A DNA stretch of 64,000 bases from Nitrososphaerales archaeon (GTDB taxonomy: Archaea; Thermoproteota; Nitrososphaeria; Nitrososphaerales; UBA213), in the NCBI GenBank assembly GCA_046759465.1, contig JBHICH010000002.1, positions 7,468-71,467 on the forward strand, given 5' to 3'. The notes beneath the pieces were generated by a model, which was not told where the DNA came from, made no database searches, and worked only from the letters and a program-made list of their open reading frames with translations. Of this stretch, positions 1 to 9,112 are shown piece after piece. The position numbers and the translations under genes are program-made. The stretch's first letter is position 1; each line of letters opens with the position of its first letter.

Positions 1-239
1 TTGCCCTTATCTAGCTCATGTATGACTATCCTTATTCTCTTCTGACCGTCATCGCTCATACCAACCTATTCACAGACCTAGTATATTGATCTTATGCTTT
101 AACCGCAGTTTTGGTTCATCAAACTTTTAAAGCAATTTTTTGATTAAAAATCCTGAGATTAATTTTGGTCTAATAAATTTATTTTTTAGTTAACTTGACT
201 AATGCTCGTTGTTAATAATATGAAAGACAACTAGCAAGA

Positions 240-1172
240 GTGCAAAGAATCGCATCTATCGAACAGCCAAGGCAGGATTATTCTGGGCTGTCACTCGTAA
301 CTACGAAGGATTTTCAGCAGTTTGCAAAGAGGCATAAACAGGTGAGAATTGAAAATGCCTCAATTACGATAGGGCGTCACTTACCAATCAAAAAGCTTGC
401 TCCCCCTGAGGATTACAAGCAGGAGTCATTCACAGTATGGTCTTTTCCAGAGAGAGGTGACTGGGCTACGCACAATGGTAAGTATCGAGGCAACTGGAGC
501 CCATACATTCCTCGTAACCTGATATGGAAGTATACAGACAAGGGAGACCTCGTTCTGGACCAGATGATGGGAAGCGGTACTGCACTGATTGAGTGTAAAC
601 TTTTGGGCAGGAATGCTATTGGTGTTGATATCAATAGAGACGCAGTTATGGTTGCTCTAGACAGATTGAACTTTGAGTCTGACAACAAGGTTACGATCAA
701 GACATACGTGGGTGACGCACGCAATTTAGACAAGGTAGATGATGATTCAATAGACCTTATTGCAACACACCCGCCATATGCAGGGATGATATCATATTCA
801 AAAGCACAGATTAAAGCCGATCTTTCTGCACTATCAATTGATAATTATTTAAGAGAAATAAGGATAGTTGCAGAAGAGTGCTTCAGGGTTGTAAGGTCAG
901 GAAAACATTGTGCAATTCTCGTTGGTGATACGAGAAAGCACAGGCATTACGTTCCTATATCGCATAATCTTATGCACATATTTCTTGATACTGGTTTTAT
1001 TTTGAAAGAGGATATAATCAAAATACAGCATAAGACAAAGAGAACGAGGGAAGCGTGGCGTGGATCGAACTATGATTTCTACAAAATTGCACATGAGCAT
1101 CTTTACGTCTTTAGAAAACCTGCAAGAAACGAAAATATAAAACAGTTCAAGCACAGCAAGAATTTGCTTTAA
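240..1172 (+). CDS. SAM-dependent N-methyltransferase, (D/N/H)PPY family (DNA m6A/m4C-type or RNA m2G-type); GTG start
   Basis: 310-aa ORF. Motif I 'VLDQMMGSGT' is followed about 65 aa later by motif IV 'THPPY'. No restriction gene is adjacent. Confidence 0.6.
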   Translation: MQRIASIEQPRQDYSGLSLVTTKDFQQFAKRHKQVRIENASITIGRHLPIKKLAPPEDYKQESFTVWSFPERGDWATHNGKYRGNWSPYIPRNLIWKYTDKGDLVLDQMMGSGTALIECKLLGRNAIGVDINRDAVMVALDRLNFESDNKVTIKTYVGDARNLDKVDDDSIDLIATHPPYAGMISYSKAQIKADLSALSIDNYLREIRIVAEECFRVVRSGKHCAILVGDTRKHRHYVPISHNLMHIFLDTGFILKEDIIKIQHKTKRTREAWRGSNYDFYKIAHEHLYVFRKPARNENIKQFKHSKNLL

Positions 1173-1174
1173 AA

Positions 1175-1453
1175 TTATTTCATATCGTAAGCTCCCTTCC
1201 AGACCTTGGTACCTGGGGGAGTTACTACAATCCTTTCTTCACCAAGTCTTGCAATGTCGCCTTCAACTGACTGTGCAAACTTGTAAAGTTCCTCGACAGC
1301 TTTTCTTAATTCGTTAATATCTTTTTGTGCCAAGGGTGTAACTCTGATTATAACGACCATCTGCTTCTTTACATCCTGCTTTATTGCATCCAAGTCAGTT
1401 AGATCTCTAAGCGTTATAGCTTTGACGTACGTTGGCGGTTTATGGGTTTGCAT
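1175..1453 (-). CDS. sepF: SepF-like cell-division protein (DUF552 core only)
   Basis: 92 aa. 'QMVVIIRVTPL...EGDIARLGEERIVVTPPGTKV' follows the conserved SepF core pattern. An in-frame TAG 14 codons upstream fixes the ATG at 1453. Confidence 0.7.
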   Translation of the reverse strand: MQTHKPPTYVKAITLRDLTDLDAIKQDVKKQMVVIIRVTPLAQKDINELRKAVEELYKFAQSVEGDIARLGEERIVVTPPGTKVWKGAYDMK

Positions 1454-1526
1454 AACTAATTGACTGACACCTCCTTGAGCAGATATCCTTGGCTATCAAC
1501 ACTGGTTAACATGAAGCTTAAGAAGA

Positions 1527-2540
1527 CTAAATTCTATATAACTTTAGTTGTTCATCGCCTATCGATGAGACCAAAACTTTACGTGTTTTATCACTATTTT
1601 TTATTGTTACAGCACATTCTGCATCTTTTGGAGCATCTGAATATCTGTGCACGATGGAAGCTGATAATGCAAGTGTGTTATCATCATATTTGCCCCTTAA
1701 CAGTGCCAACGGTCCTTTATGATCTTTAACTTCAAGCAAAATATCATCTTGTATTGCTAATGAGCTTATAACATCATTTTCTTTTTCGTTTCTGCCAACA
1801 ATTAATTTGAGATCTTTGCAAATTCTAAAATGTCTTCCAACTTTTAATAGCGCAGTATCGTTCAAGGTTGGTTTTTCTGTATCTTCAAACAAATCCCTTA
1901 CCCTTTTTGCAAATTGAGGATCTGTCAACAAGCAACCGCCAGCAGAGTTCGGATAATCAGTTATTCCAAAATTTTTAGCGAGTCCGATCTGCACCTTCCT
2001 CGACCTTCCTTTGATGCTTAACAACTGATCTCTTTTTACCAAACCAGATTTTTCGGCTTCTGTTGGTGGAAGATGTTTTGCAGACAATGGTCTTAACACT
2101 TTACCCTGCAAACCAGACTCCCGCTCAATTATCTTCAACGCTCTTGGATTCTGGCTCATTGGCCTCTGTTCCAAAACTTCACCTGTAATTATAAACTCTG
2201 CATCGATCTCTTTCATGTAGTCCTTTGCAACCTTGAACATCATTTCTCGACAATCGATACATGGGTTCATACCGGTGCCGTAACCATGTCTTGGATTTTT
2301 TAACATCTCTAAATATTCGTCACCAAGGTAAAAAGTCCTTAATTCAACACCCAACTTTTCTGCAACTTCTTTTACTCTAAAGCCACAACCGTGTCCGCAG
2401 TCAAAATCACAAAATGGAGTTTTGATCGCAACTGCCTTGATATCAACACCACGTTCCATCATTAGTTTAACTGCCAGGGTGCTGTCCAATCCTCCAGACA
2501 ACAATGCTACAGCCTTTGGCTTTTCATCTTTCTCTTCCAT
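1527..2540 (-). CDS. PP-loop ATP pyrophosphatase, ThiI/MnmA-like (probable tRNA thiolation enzyme)
   Basis: PP-loop 'ALLSGGLDS'. 'CIDCREMMF...FIITGEVLEQRPMSQ' resembles the ThiI-type adenylation domain. No THUMP domain seen. Confidence 0.6.
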   Translation of the reverse strand: MEEKDEKPKAVALLSGGLDSTLAVKLMMERGVDIKAVAIKTPFCDFDCGHGCGFRVKEVAEKLGVELRTFYLGDEYLEMLKNPRHGYGTGMNPCIDCREMMFKVAKDYMKEIDAEFIITGEVLEQRPMSQNPRALKIIERESGLQGKVLRPLSAKHLPPTEAEKSGLVKRDQLLSIKGRSRKVQIGLAKNFGITDYPNSAGGCLLTDPQFAKRVRDLFEDTEKPTLNDTALLKVGRHFRICKDLKLIVGRNEKENDVISSLAIQDDILLEVKDHKGPLALLRGKYDDNTLALSASIVHRYSDAPKDAECAVTIKNSDKTRKVLVSSIGDEQLKLYRI

Positions 2541-2792
2541 TTGCTTTACTCCTCAAGCACCCTTATCTAAAGGTTGTACTGTTAGAAAGTTATAGAGAAT
2601 CAAGTACTTGCCAAAGGTTAATCAAATGTCAGAGATTCCCTGAACATTTCTTGCACTTGCTTCTGTTCTTTTTCTGTTAGAGCCTTCCTTCTTGGCATTC
2701 GCTTTCTTTTCTTCTTCTGTTTCTTCTTCATAGAATGTTACTCGGCAAACTAGCGATATAAGGTCCTTGGCATCTTCAAAACTTAAATGAGG

Positions 2793-3227
2793 TTATAAAA
2801 TGCGTGCATGTTTGCCAGCGTTTCGTTCTTTCACTTCTGAGCGAGTCTTTTCAAGATGACATGCAACACACAATGTCCAGAGATTTGACTCCTCAAACTC
2901 CTTTCCACCCTTAAACAAAGGTACCTTGTGATCGACCTGAAAGTTCCTCCGCATCCTTCCGTTTACCTTAACCCTGCTCCTCATGTCACCACACATCTGG
3001 CACACGAACCTGTCTCTTCTCATGATCCTGACCCTCAAAAGCCTCCAATTGTTCTTTACATAGAAATTCCATGAGCATGTATTAGAGCAGTACCTTGCGT
3101 TAGGGCGCCTGCCCACTACTGGTTTGCCACAGTTCAAGCAGAGTTTGTTATTGTTAAAATCATAATTATTCTTGTACGAGCGTAAAGGAATGTGACGTCT
3201 CCTGTACCCAATACCAGTAAGACTCAA
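2793..3227 (-). CDS. HNH endonuclease with N-terminal Cys-rich (zinc-ribbon-like) region; TTG start
   Basis: HNH core 'DHKVPLFKGG...NLWTLCVACHLEKT'. N-terminal 'CLNCG...CSNTC'. Confidence 0.7.
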   Translation of the reverse strand: MSLTGIGYRRRHIPLRSYKNNYDFNNNKLCLNCGKPVVGRRPNARYCSNTCSWNFYVKNNWRLLRVRIMRRDRFVCQMCGDMRSRVKVNGRMRRNFQVDHKVPLFKGGKEFEESNLWTLCVACHLEKTRSEVKERNAGKHARIL

Positions 3228-3367
3228 CGTCTAAGCAGTCAATAATAGCTATAAAAAATGAAAGATGCAAAATATCTTAGTATAAGCAAAAGAAACCTTC
3301 CCTTGTGATTACATACGCTGCCGGCAGTTGAGCAAAGCTAAAAAGCACACAATAATGATTCTCCTTT

Positions 3368-4432
3368 ATGGTAAAAAGGAGCGAAGCCTTGCTCGAAGAG
3401 GCTTCGAAGATCAAATGTAATAATCTAGTTGCCTTTGAACCAGAAAATGTATTCTACATCTCGGGCTTCTGGGGAGAAGTAATCGCTTTACTTAACAGCA
3501 GTGGTGCAAAACTAATTGCACCTAAGCTGGAAGCAGACAGAGCAAGGAAGGGCAACAAGAATTGTAAAGTAATACAGTCGGAGAGAGGGACTGATATGAC
3601 TGAATCACTTCTATTAAACTTAAACAAGGGCAATCTTTGTACAGACTGCAATGACTACTCAACAATGGAAAGGATGAAAAAAAAGATTGGAGAAAGATTG
3701 ATTCACTCAACCGACCCTTTTTACCAAACAAGGAAGATCAAGGACAGCAAGGAAATAGATACTATATCAAAGGCGAGCGCGATACTTGATAAACTATTTG
3801 AGATTTGTGAGACACACATCAAACCTAACATTACAGAAAAACAACTTCAGGCAAAGTTACTTTACGAGGCGATGAACCTAGGAGCATACCCTCCTGCATA
3901 CAAATTTACAATATCTCCGTTGATAGTAGCATCAGGAATAAACTCCACACTGCCACACGCAGAGCCGACGGACAGGAAGATAAAGAAAGACGATCTTGTT
4001 ACCGTTGATCTAACATTACGTTACAAAGGATACATTGCGGATGCAACAAGAACATTTGCGGTTGGAAAGATAGATGCAGAAAAGAGGAAGGTCTACGAAA
4101 TAGTAAAGGAAGCTCAAGAACAAGGGCTTGATGCAGCTCGAGCCGGAGCAGAATGCGCTACAGTTGACAATGCCTGCAGATCACTAATTGAAAAAGAGGG
4201 GTATGGAAAATACTTTGTCCATTCCACGGGGCACGGAATTGGATTGGAAGTTCACGAACCGCCATGGATAAGAGCTAAAAACACTGAAGTATTGACTAAG
4301 AACATGGCAATTACAATAGAGCCTGGAATATATTTGCCAAATAAATTCGGCGTTAGAATAGAGGACAGCCTGATAATATCTAACAAACCTAGGATATTGA
4401 ACAGGTACACTAGGGATCTCGTCCTGCTTTAG
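3368..4432 (+). CDS. M24-family Xaa-Pro aminopeptidase/dipeptidase
   Basis: Metal-ligand motifs 'HSTGHGIGLEVHEPP', 'ITIEPGIY', 'VRIEDS'. Confidence 0.85.
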   Translation: MVKRSEALLEEASKIKCNNLVAFEPENVFYISGFWGEVIALLNSSGAKLIAPKLEADRARKGNKNCKVIQSERGTDMTESLLLNLNKGNLCTDCNDYSTMERMKKKIGERLIHSTDPFYQTRKIKDSKEIDTISKASAILDKLFEICETHIKPNITEKQLQAKLLYEAMNLGAYPPAYKFTISPLIVASGINSTLPHAEPTDRKIKKDDLVTVDLTLRYKGYIADATRTFAVGKIDAEKRKVYEIVKEAQEQGLDAARAGAECATVDNACRSLIEKEGYGKYFVHSTGHGIGLEVHEPPWIRAKNTEVLTKNMAITIEPGIYLPNKFGVRIEDSLIISNKPRILNRYTRDLVLL

Positions 4433-4447
4433 ATGCAATCAAAAAGA

Positions 4448-5257
4448 TCAACCAACCAAAATATCCTTTAACTGCATCTGCATCATAGATTTCTCACTTC
4501 CCAGTGACCTATCAAGAACAACTTTGTAGCTTGCGGGTATGAGCGCTGGTGGCGGAACCATTGTAAACAAGATCAGCTTTTTACAATTGATCAGAAGATA
4601 GTCCTGTAAAGTCGCTCCCCTTCTTCCCTGATAAGCTACTTCTGACTCCTTGCACTCTATTAATGCATAAACCGGAAAGTTTTCATCTCCAGCATGCAAT
4701 CCATACTTAACAACTGAAGGGTCTTCCGTAGTTCTTACTTCGTCAACTATCATATAGATATTATTACCAAACCAAACTTCAAGCAGTTCTTTATGCACAC
4801 TACCATCTCCGTCCCTCAAAATGCGCCCAGCATCCATAAAATTTAACGTGAATTCTCCTTTTACGAGAAAGATGTCCGGTCTTATCCCTCCTAGATGGCT
4901 CTGAAACCTTTGAGGAACATAAGATTGATAAAAAATTGAAAGAGCAGAACCGTCAGAAAATCTTAGCACTGTGGCTGGAACAACTGAAATCAAAGCATCA
5001 TGCAAATTTTTTGCTTCCGCCACTGAACCAGTTCCAAGATTCAAGGAAAGAGTTTTCTTTTCACTGAACTTCATGCTTGTAGGATCCAATTCAAAATCTA
5101 TGCGATAAGCCTCAGAAGGTTTAAGTATTTCGATCAGATTGAAGAGTATCCAGACTTCATAACGAGATTTTATGCTTCCGATGTATGATGTGTTTATCCC
5201 TTCTGGAAACAGAGCCTTTAGCCGTGGGAACCAGACCAGAATCTCTTTCTCAGACAA
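4448..5257 (-). CDS. Hypothetical protein, weak PD-(D/E)xK nuclease-like motifs; TTG start uncertain
   Basis: 269-aa ORF. 'GGIRPDIFLV' and 'YALIECKES' lie about 75 aa apart. No other recognisable family. Confidence 0.35.
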   Translation of the reverse strand: MSEKEILVWFPRLKALFPEGINTSYIGSIKSRYEVWILFNLIEILKPSEAYRIDFELDPTSMKFSEKKTLSLNLGTGSVAEAKNLHDALISVVPATVLRFSDGSALSIFYQSYVPQRFQSHLGGIRPDIFLVKGEFTLNFMDAGRILRDGDGSVHKELLEVWFGNNIYMIVDEVRTTEDPSVVKYGLHAGDENFPVYALIECKESEVAYQGRRGATLQDYLLINCKKLILFTMVPPPALIPASYKVVLDRSLGSEKSMMQMQLKDILVG

Positions 5258-5299
5258 TGGACTCGATTAGCATCAATTCTATAATAAGATTTAGTCTAT

Positions 5300-6535
5300 T
5301 CATAGATAACTTGCCAATTCTTCGAGTAATAGTCTTGCAACACTCCGTTTAGTCTGAATTGGTAAATGTCTGACTTTTCTATTCTTACCAATTATGAAAA
5401 CTTCACTTGTATCTGAACCCATCTCTGAACCTTTCCTTCCAATATCATTTGCAACCATAAGATCTGCATTACATTCACGCATCTTGTCGTAGGCACATTT
5501 GATTAAATCATCATCGCTGACAGCGATGTCAGCTTTAAATGCAACCAGAAACGTTCCCGGACTTGCTTTTTTTATCTGATCTACTATCTTGCTTGTTGTC
5601 TTGAGCGTTATCGTTATTTGCTTGTTATCTCTGGTTTCTATCTTTACATCTTTAGGACTCACTGGCTTGAAATCTGATACAGCAGCAGTCATTATTGCAA
5701 TGTCATAATTACTACTCTTTAACTCATTAATCACAGCATCCATCATTTCATTGCTTGTTTTAACAGTGATTATTTTGGCACTGCGTGGTAGCTCAGCATA
5801 ACCATGCCCATAGATCAGTGTGAGATTTGCACCCAACATTGTCGCTTCCTTTGCTATTGCAGCTCCCAACTTCCCAGAAGCTGGATTCGTTACAACCCTT
5901 ATCGGATCTATAAACTCTATTGTTGCGCCAGCAGTAACAAGTATTTTCTTTCCTTTTAGCTTCGAATTGCTCCGCATCTTTGCCAGTACAGCATTGAGTA
6001 CGGTTTCAGGATCAGCAATCTTCGCTTTGCCTTCAACAAAATTTGGGTCTACGAATTCAACAAGTCCCTTCAAAGCTTCCATATTCTTCTGCAGAATTGG
6101 ATTCTCGTACATTGCTTCATGCATCGCAGGTGCAATCACTATTGGAATTTTGGATCCTAACGCAACGCTTGCAACCGAAGTAACAGGTGTATCATCTATA
6201 CCATTTGCAATCTTGCTTATTGTGTTTCCAGTGCAGGGATAAATGACAATCAAATCAGACCTGGCATAATGCGCAAGTTGAATATGCTCTAACTTCCATG
6301 TAAGTTCAGTAACCACATCTCTTCCAGTTGCCCACTGCATCAATTCTGGAGTTAAAAGCATCTTTGTGGATTTGCTCATAACGGCATAAACATCTGCAGC
6401 ATGCCTCATTAACAATCTCGCAAGGTCAACTGCCTTGTATGCCGCAACACTTGCAGTAACACATAACACAATCTTTTTGCCGTCTAACTCACTTCCATCA
6501 GAACCAACTATATCCTTAGATGGATGCTCTCTCAT
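5300..6535 (-). CDS. coaBC: Bifunctional phosphopantothenoylcysteine decarboxylase / synthetase
   Basis: Flavoprotein N-terminal half 'KKIVLCVTASVAAYKA' plus a C-terminal synthetase half. 411 aa. Overlaps panB by 20 nt. Confidence 0.85.
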   Translation of the reverse strand: MREHPSKDIVGSDGSELDGKKIVLCVTASVAAYKAVDLARLLMRHAADVYAVMSKSTKMLLTPELMQWATGRDVVTELTWKLEHIQLAHYARSDLIVIYPCTGNTISKIANGIDDTPVTSVASVALGSKIPIVIAPAMHEAMYENPILQKNMEALKGLVEFVDPNFVEGKAKIADPETVLNAVLAKMRSNSKLKGKKILVTAGATIEFIDPIRVVTNPASGKLGAAIAKEATMLGANLTLIYGHGYAELPRSAKIITVKTSNEMMDAVINELKSSNYDIAIMTAAVSDFKPVSPKDVKIETRDNKQITITLKTTSKIVDQIKKASPGTFLVAFKADIAVSDDDLIKCAYDKMRECNADLMVANDIGRKGSEMGSDTSEVFIIGKNRKVRHLPIQTKRSVARLLLEELASYL

Positions 6536-7403
6536 TCTTTATTTCACCCAACTCCTTCATCAACGCGTCTAGTTCGTTCTTTTCCATGTAGAAAGTGTTT
6601 TCTTCTCCAGGAAACTTTTCGCTAATAACATCATCCTTGAACGATGTCAATGCCTTGATCATTTCTTGCGACAATTCCGCATACCTCGTGACAAACTTTG
6701 GTTTTATCCGATCATAAAGTCCCAGCATATCATGTATTACCAGAACCTGTCCGTCACAAACATTTCCTGCCCCTATTCCGACTGTCGGCACATTTACCAT
6801 GTCAGTAATTATTTTTGCAACTTCGACAACAACTTGTTCAAGAATTATACAATAGACTCCAGCCTTCTCAAGTGTCCTCGCATCCCGTATCAGCTGTAAC
6901 GCCGCCTCCTTGTTCTTTCCTTGCACTTTGTATCCTTGCCAAAGCATGGCCGTCTGTGGTTTCAAACCTATATGGCCCATAACTGGAACTCCAGCCCTTA
7001 TGATTGCCTTGACAGTTTCAACCATCTCTTCTCCTCCCTCAATCTTTACTGCATCAACTCCAGCCTCCTTTACGAACCTGCACGCGTTTCTAACCGCTGT
7101 AGTAGCATCGACCTGGTACGACATGAATGGCATGTCAGCAACAACCATAGCTCGTCTGGTTCCTCTTGAAACTGCCTTACAGAAAAGCAGCATTTCATCC
7201 ATTGTTACCGGCGTCGTTGTTTGATATCCCAGCATGACCATGCCAGCGCTGTCACCAACTAGCAGTACGTCAATACCAGCGTCATCACAAATTGTTGCCG
7301 TTGTATAGTCATATGCTGTTAGCATCGTAATCTTCCTCTTTTTCTTCGTGGAGATGATCTCGTCTACAGTAACTTTCGCCTTGCCATTTTCCAATTTAAT
7401 CAC
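6516..7403 (-). CDS. panB: 3-methyl-2-oxobutanoate (ketopantoate) hydroxymethyltransferase; GTG start
   Basis: 'ITMLTAYDY', 'LLVGDSAGMVMLGY', 'VKIEGG' pattern. 295 aa. Confidence 0.85.
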   Translation of the reverse strand: MIKLENGKAKVTVDEIISTKKKRKITMLTAYDYTTATICDDAGIDVLLVGDSAGMVMLGYQTTTPVTMDEMLLFCKAVSRGTRRAMVVADMPFMSYQVDATTAVRNACRFVKEAGVDAVKIEGGEEMVETVKAIIRAGVPVMGHIGLKPQTAMLWQGYKVQGKNKEAALQLIRDARTLEKAGVYCIILEQVVVEVAKIITDMVNVPTVGIGAGNVCDGQVLVIHDMLGLYDRIKPKFVTRYAELSQEMIKALTSFKDDVISEKFPGEENTFYMEKNELDALMKELGEIKNERASI

Positions 7404-8154
7404 TTCCCTTCAAACCTTTCAAAATATACTGCAAACTTATAGCTAGGTTATTTTTGTTATCAAAACCGTATGCAATTTTTTGCAGTTTACTTTGTTGCAG
7501 ATTTACCATTTCCTTTGCAAGCTCAACCATTTTTGGAATTGTTCTAACAATATTATCAACTATAGTTACACTTGCTTTTTGCGATGTTCTTGACAATGGA
7601 TTTAGATCAATTGCGATTACCTTCTTGCCCATCTTTACAAGTGCCTCGGATCTGTCTCCATCTTCCAATGCCACCAATACAACATCAGCAATATAGATAC
7701 CATCTTGGTCAACCTTCCTCCTTTCGCTCATCAGTTCTGGTATATTTGCCAATGCACTGCTGCCTACCCCCAAAACTTGCTTTGCACCATTTGCCTTCAT
7801 CAATCTTTCGACGGCAACCTCTCTTTGGAAAGTTCTGTAAAACAGATTGACCTCTATACTTGCATTTGTAAGTTCGGCAAGTTCTACAATATCCTTTGCA
7901 CACAAACACGCAGTGTTGCCATTCACAGAAATGATTGGTCTTTCTGCAATAAGCATGAGGGCAACAGCCGAGTTCATAGCCTTCACTGCCTGTCTAGTGC
8001 TCCTCTCGCCAATGAGATAGTCAAACGCCTCGCCCCTTCCGTGCGCAATTAGACCCTCTTCTACAACTATGCCATTCCTGAACCCTTCGACCAGCAATTC
8101 TCGTATTTGAAGAGACTTGACCCTTGGATGATCTTCAGGAATATTTCTTAGCAT
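7396..8154 (-). CDS. Archaeal phosphopantothenate synthetase (4-phosphopantoate--beta-alanine ligase)
   Basis: 252 aa. 'GLIAHGRGEAFDYLIGE' N-terminal motif. Lies between pantoate kinase and panB with 7-8 nt overlaps. Confidence 0.7.
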   Translation of the reverse strand: MLRNIPEDHPRVKSLQIRELLVEGFRNGIVVEEGLIAHGRGEAFDYLIGERSTRQAVKAMNSAVALMLIAERPIISVNGNTACLCAKDIVELAELTNASIEVNLFYRTFQREVAVERLMKANGAKQVLGVGSSALANIPELMSERRKVDQDGIYIADVVLVALEDGDRSEALVKMGKKVIAIDLNPLSRTSQKASVTIVDNIVRTIPKMVELAKEMVNLQQSKLQKIAYGFDNKNNLAISLQYILKGLKGSD

Positions 8155-9047
8155 GGGATTATCCTTGCTCCTTGATAATCAATATCACAAACCAGTAACT
8201 TACCATCGTACTCTCGAAAAATTCCTTGCACATCTTTAATATCATCATTCTTGACAATTGAAAACACGGTTTCACCAAACATCGCCATCGAGCATTTGTA
8301 TCCCTTGCCGCGCATAGCATCAATAATGCACTGACACTTTTCGCTCACGAAGTCAATTGATTTTGCAAACTGCAATGACATCTCCATAAAATCATTAACT
8401 GATTTTGTTTTCTTTAACTTGTTTAACATCTTGCCTCCAAAACCATTTATCAACTGCATTTTGTTTCTAAGAAATTCCTTTGTTGAGATTGGAGCAATAC
8501 AGAACATAACCACTTTGTGATTGTCATCTAAAAGAATTTTTTCAAGAATACCAACTCCGGGTGCACCAGCATTTAATCGCATTTCGAAACCTCCATGAAA
8601 TTCTGCTAGAACTGTTCCCAATCCGCACCTGCAGACAAAATCTGCCTTGTGTGCTATTTGTGCAGCTTCTATATCACGTAAATTAGTTACAAGTGCCTTA
8701 TTAAGCGCCAAAGACAAACTTAACGCAGCTGCACCGCTCGACCCTAGACCATACCCTATTGGAATTTCTAGATCGTGTTCAACTCTAATACTAAATGGTT
8801 GCTTTACAAGTTTAAGGTATTCATCAACAACATAGCTAGATACCTCTGCATTATCAGCATACTTACCATTCATAACAATTAAGAAGTCATTTTTTTTGTT
8901 TCTTTCAGCATAAACTGTTGTTTTAACACCCTTGCTGATGCAGAAACCAGCACCCCTAGATCCCTTTAGAACAGGATTGTCTGGCAAGTTAGGGAATTCA
9001 ACGAATCCAGTGATATGACCTGGAGAAAATGCGCCAGCAACAGACAT
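8148..9047 (-). CDS. Archaeal pantoate kinase (GHMP kinase family)
   Basis: GHMP motif 'PIGYGLGSSGAAALS'. 299 aa. First gene of the CoA cluster. Confidence 0.7.
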   Translation of the reverse strand: MSVAGAFSPGHITGFVEFPNLPDNPVLKGSRGAGFCISKGVKTTVYAERNKKNDFLIVMNGKYADNAEVSSYVVDEYLKLVKQPFSIRVEHDLEIPIGYGLGSSGAAALSLSLALNKALVTNLRDIEAAQIAHKADFVCRCGLGTVLAEFHGGFEMRLNAGAPGVGILEKILLDDNHKVVMFCIAPISTKEFLRNKMQLINGFGGKMLNKLKKTKSVNDFMEMSLQFAKSIDFVSEKCQCIIDAMRGKGYKCSMAMFGETVFSIVKNDDIKDVQGIFREYDGKLLVCDIDYQGARIIPC

Positions 9048-9112
9048 TAATTCGAGTATTCTTGCTGCAAATATATATAAATGATGTATAAAATGTATAA
9101 ACTAGTATAAAC

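Noticed and set aside
1-59. Possible 5' end of a minus-strand gene (ATG at 59; MSDDGQKRIRIVIHELDKG...) running off the left edge.
   Set aside because: Only about 19 codons are visible, which is too short to support a call.
2618-2731. 37-aa extremely basic minus-strand ORF (MKKKQKKKRKRMPRRKALTEKEQKQVQEMFRESLTFD) between the HNH and PP-loop genes.
   Set aside because: It arises from a purine/pyrimidine-biased low-complexity tract. No family is recognisable. It could be real, but I cannot support it from sequence alone.
240-5257. Methyltransferase (240-1172), HNH endonuclease (2793-3227) and the PD...ECK protein (4448-5257) considered as a restriction-modification or defence island.
   Set aside because: The three genes are separated by housekeeping genes (sepF-like, PP-loop ATPase, M24 peptidase) on mixed strands. 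No specificity subunit, helicase or ATPase partner is present. There is no evidence that they act together.
5820-6242. Long antisense ORFs inside well-supported genes. Examples: 5820-6242, 6910-7224, 7705-8052, 36812-37201, 39465-39857, 45325-45981, 47126-47548, 61635-62093 and 62139-62576.
   Set aside because: Each lies opposite a gene with clear family motifs. Their translations are low-complexity (Ser/Leu/Cys/Phe-rich) with no motifs. They are most frequent in the GC-richer ATPase and RNR regions, where random antisense ORFs are expected.
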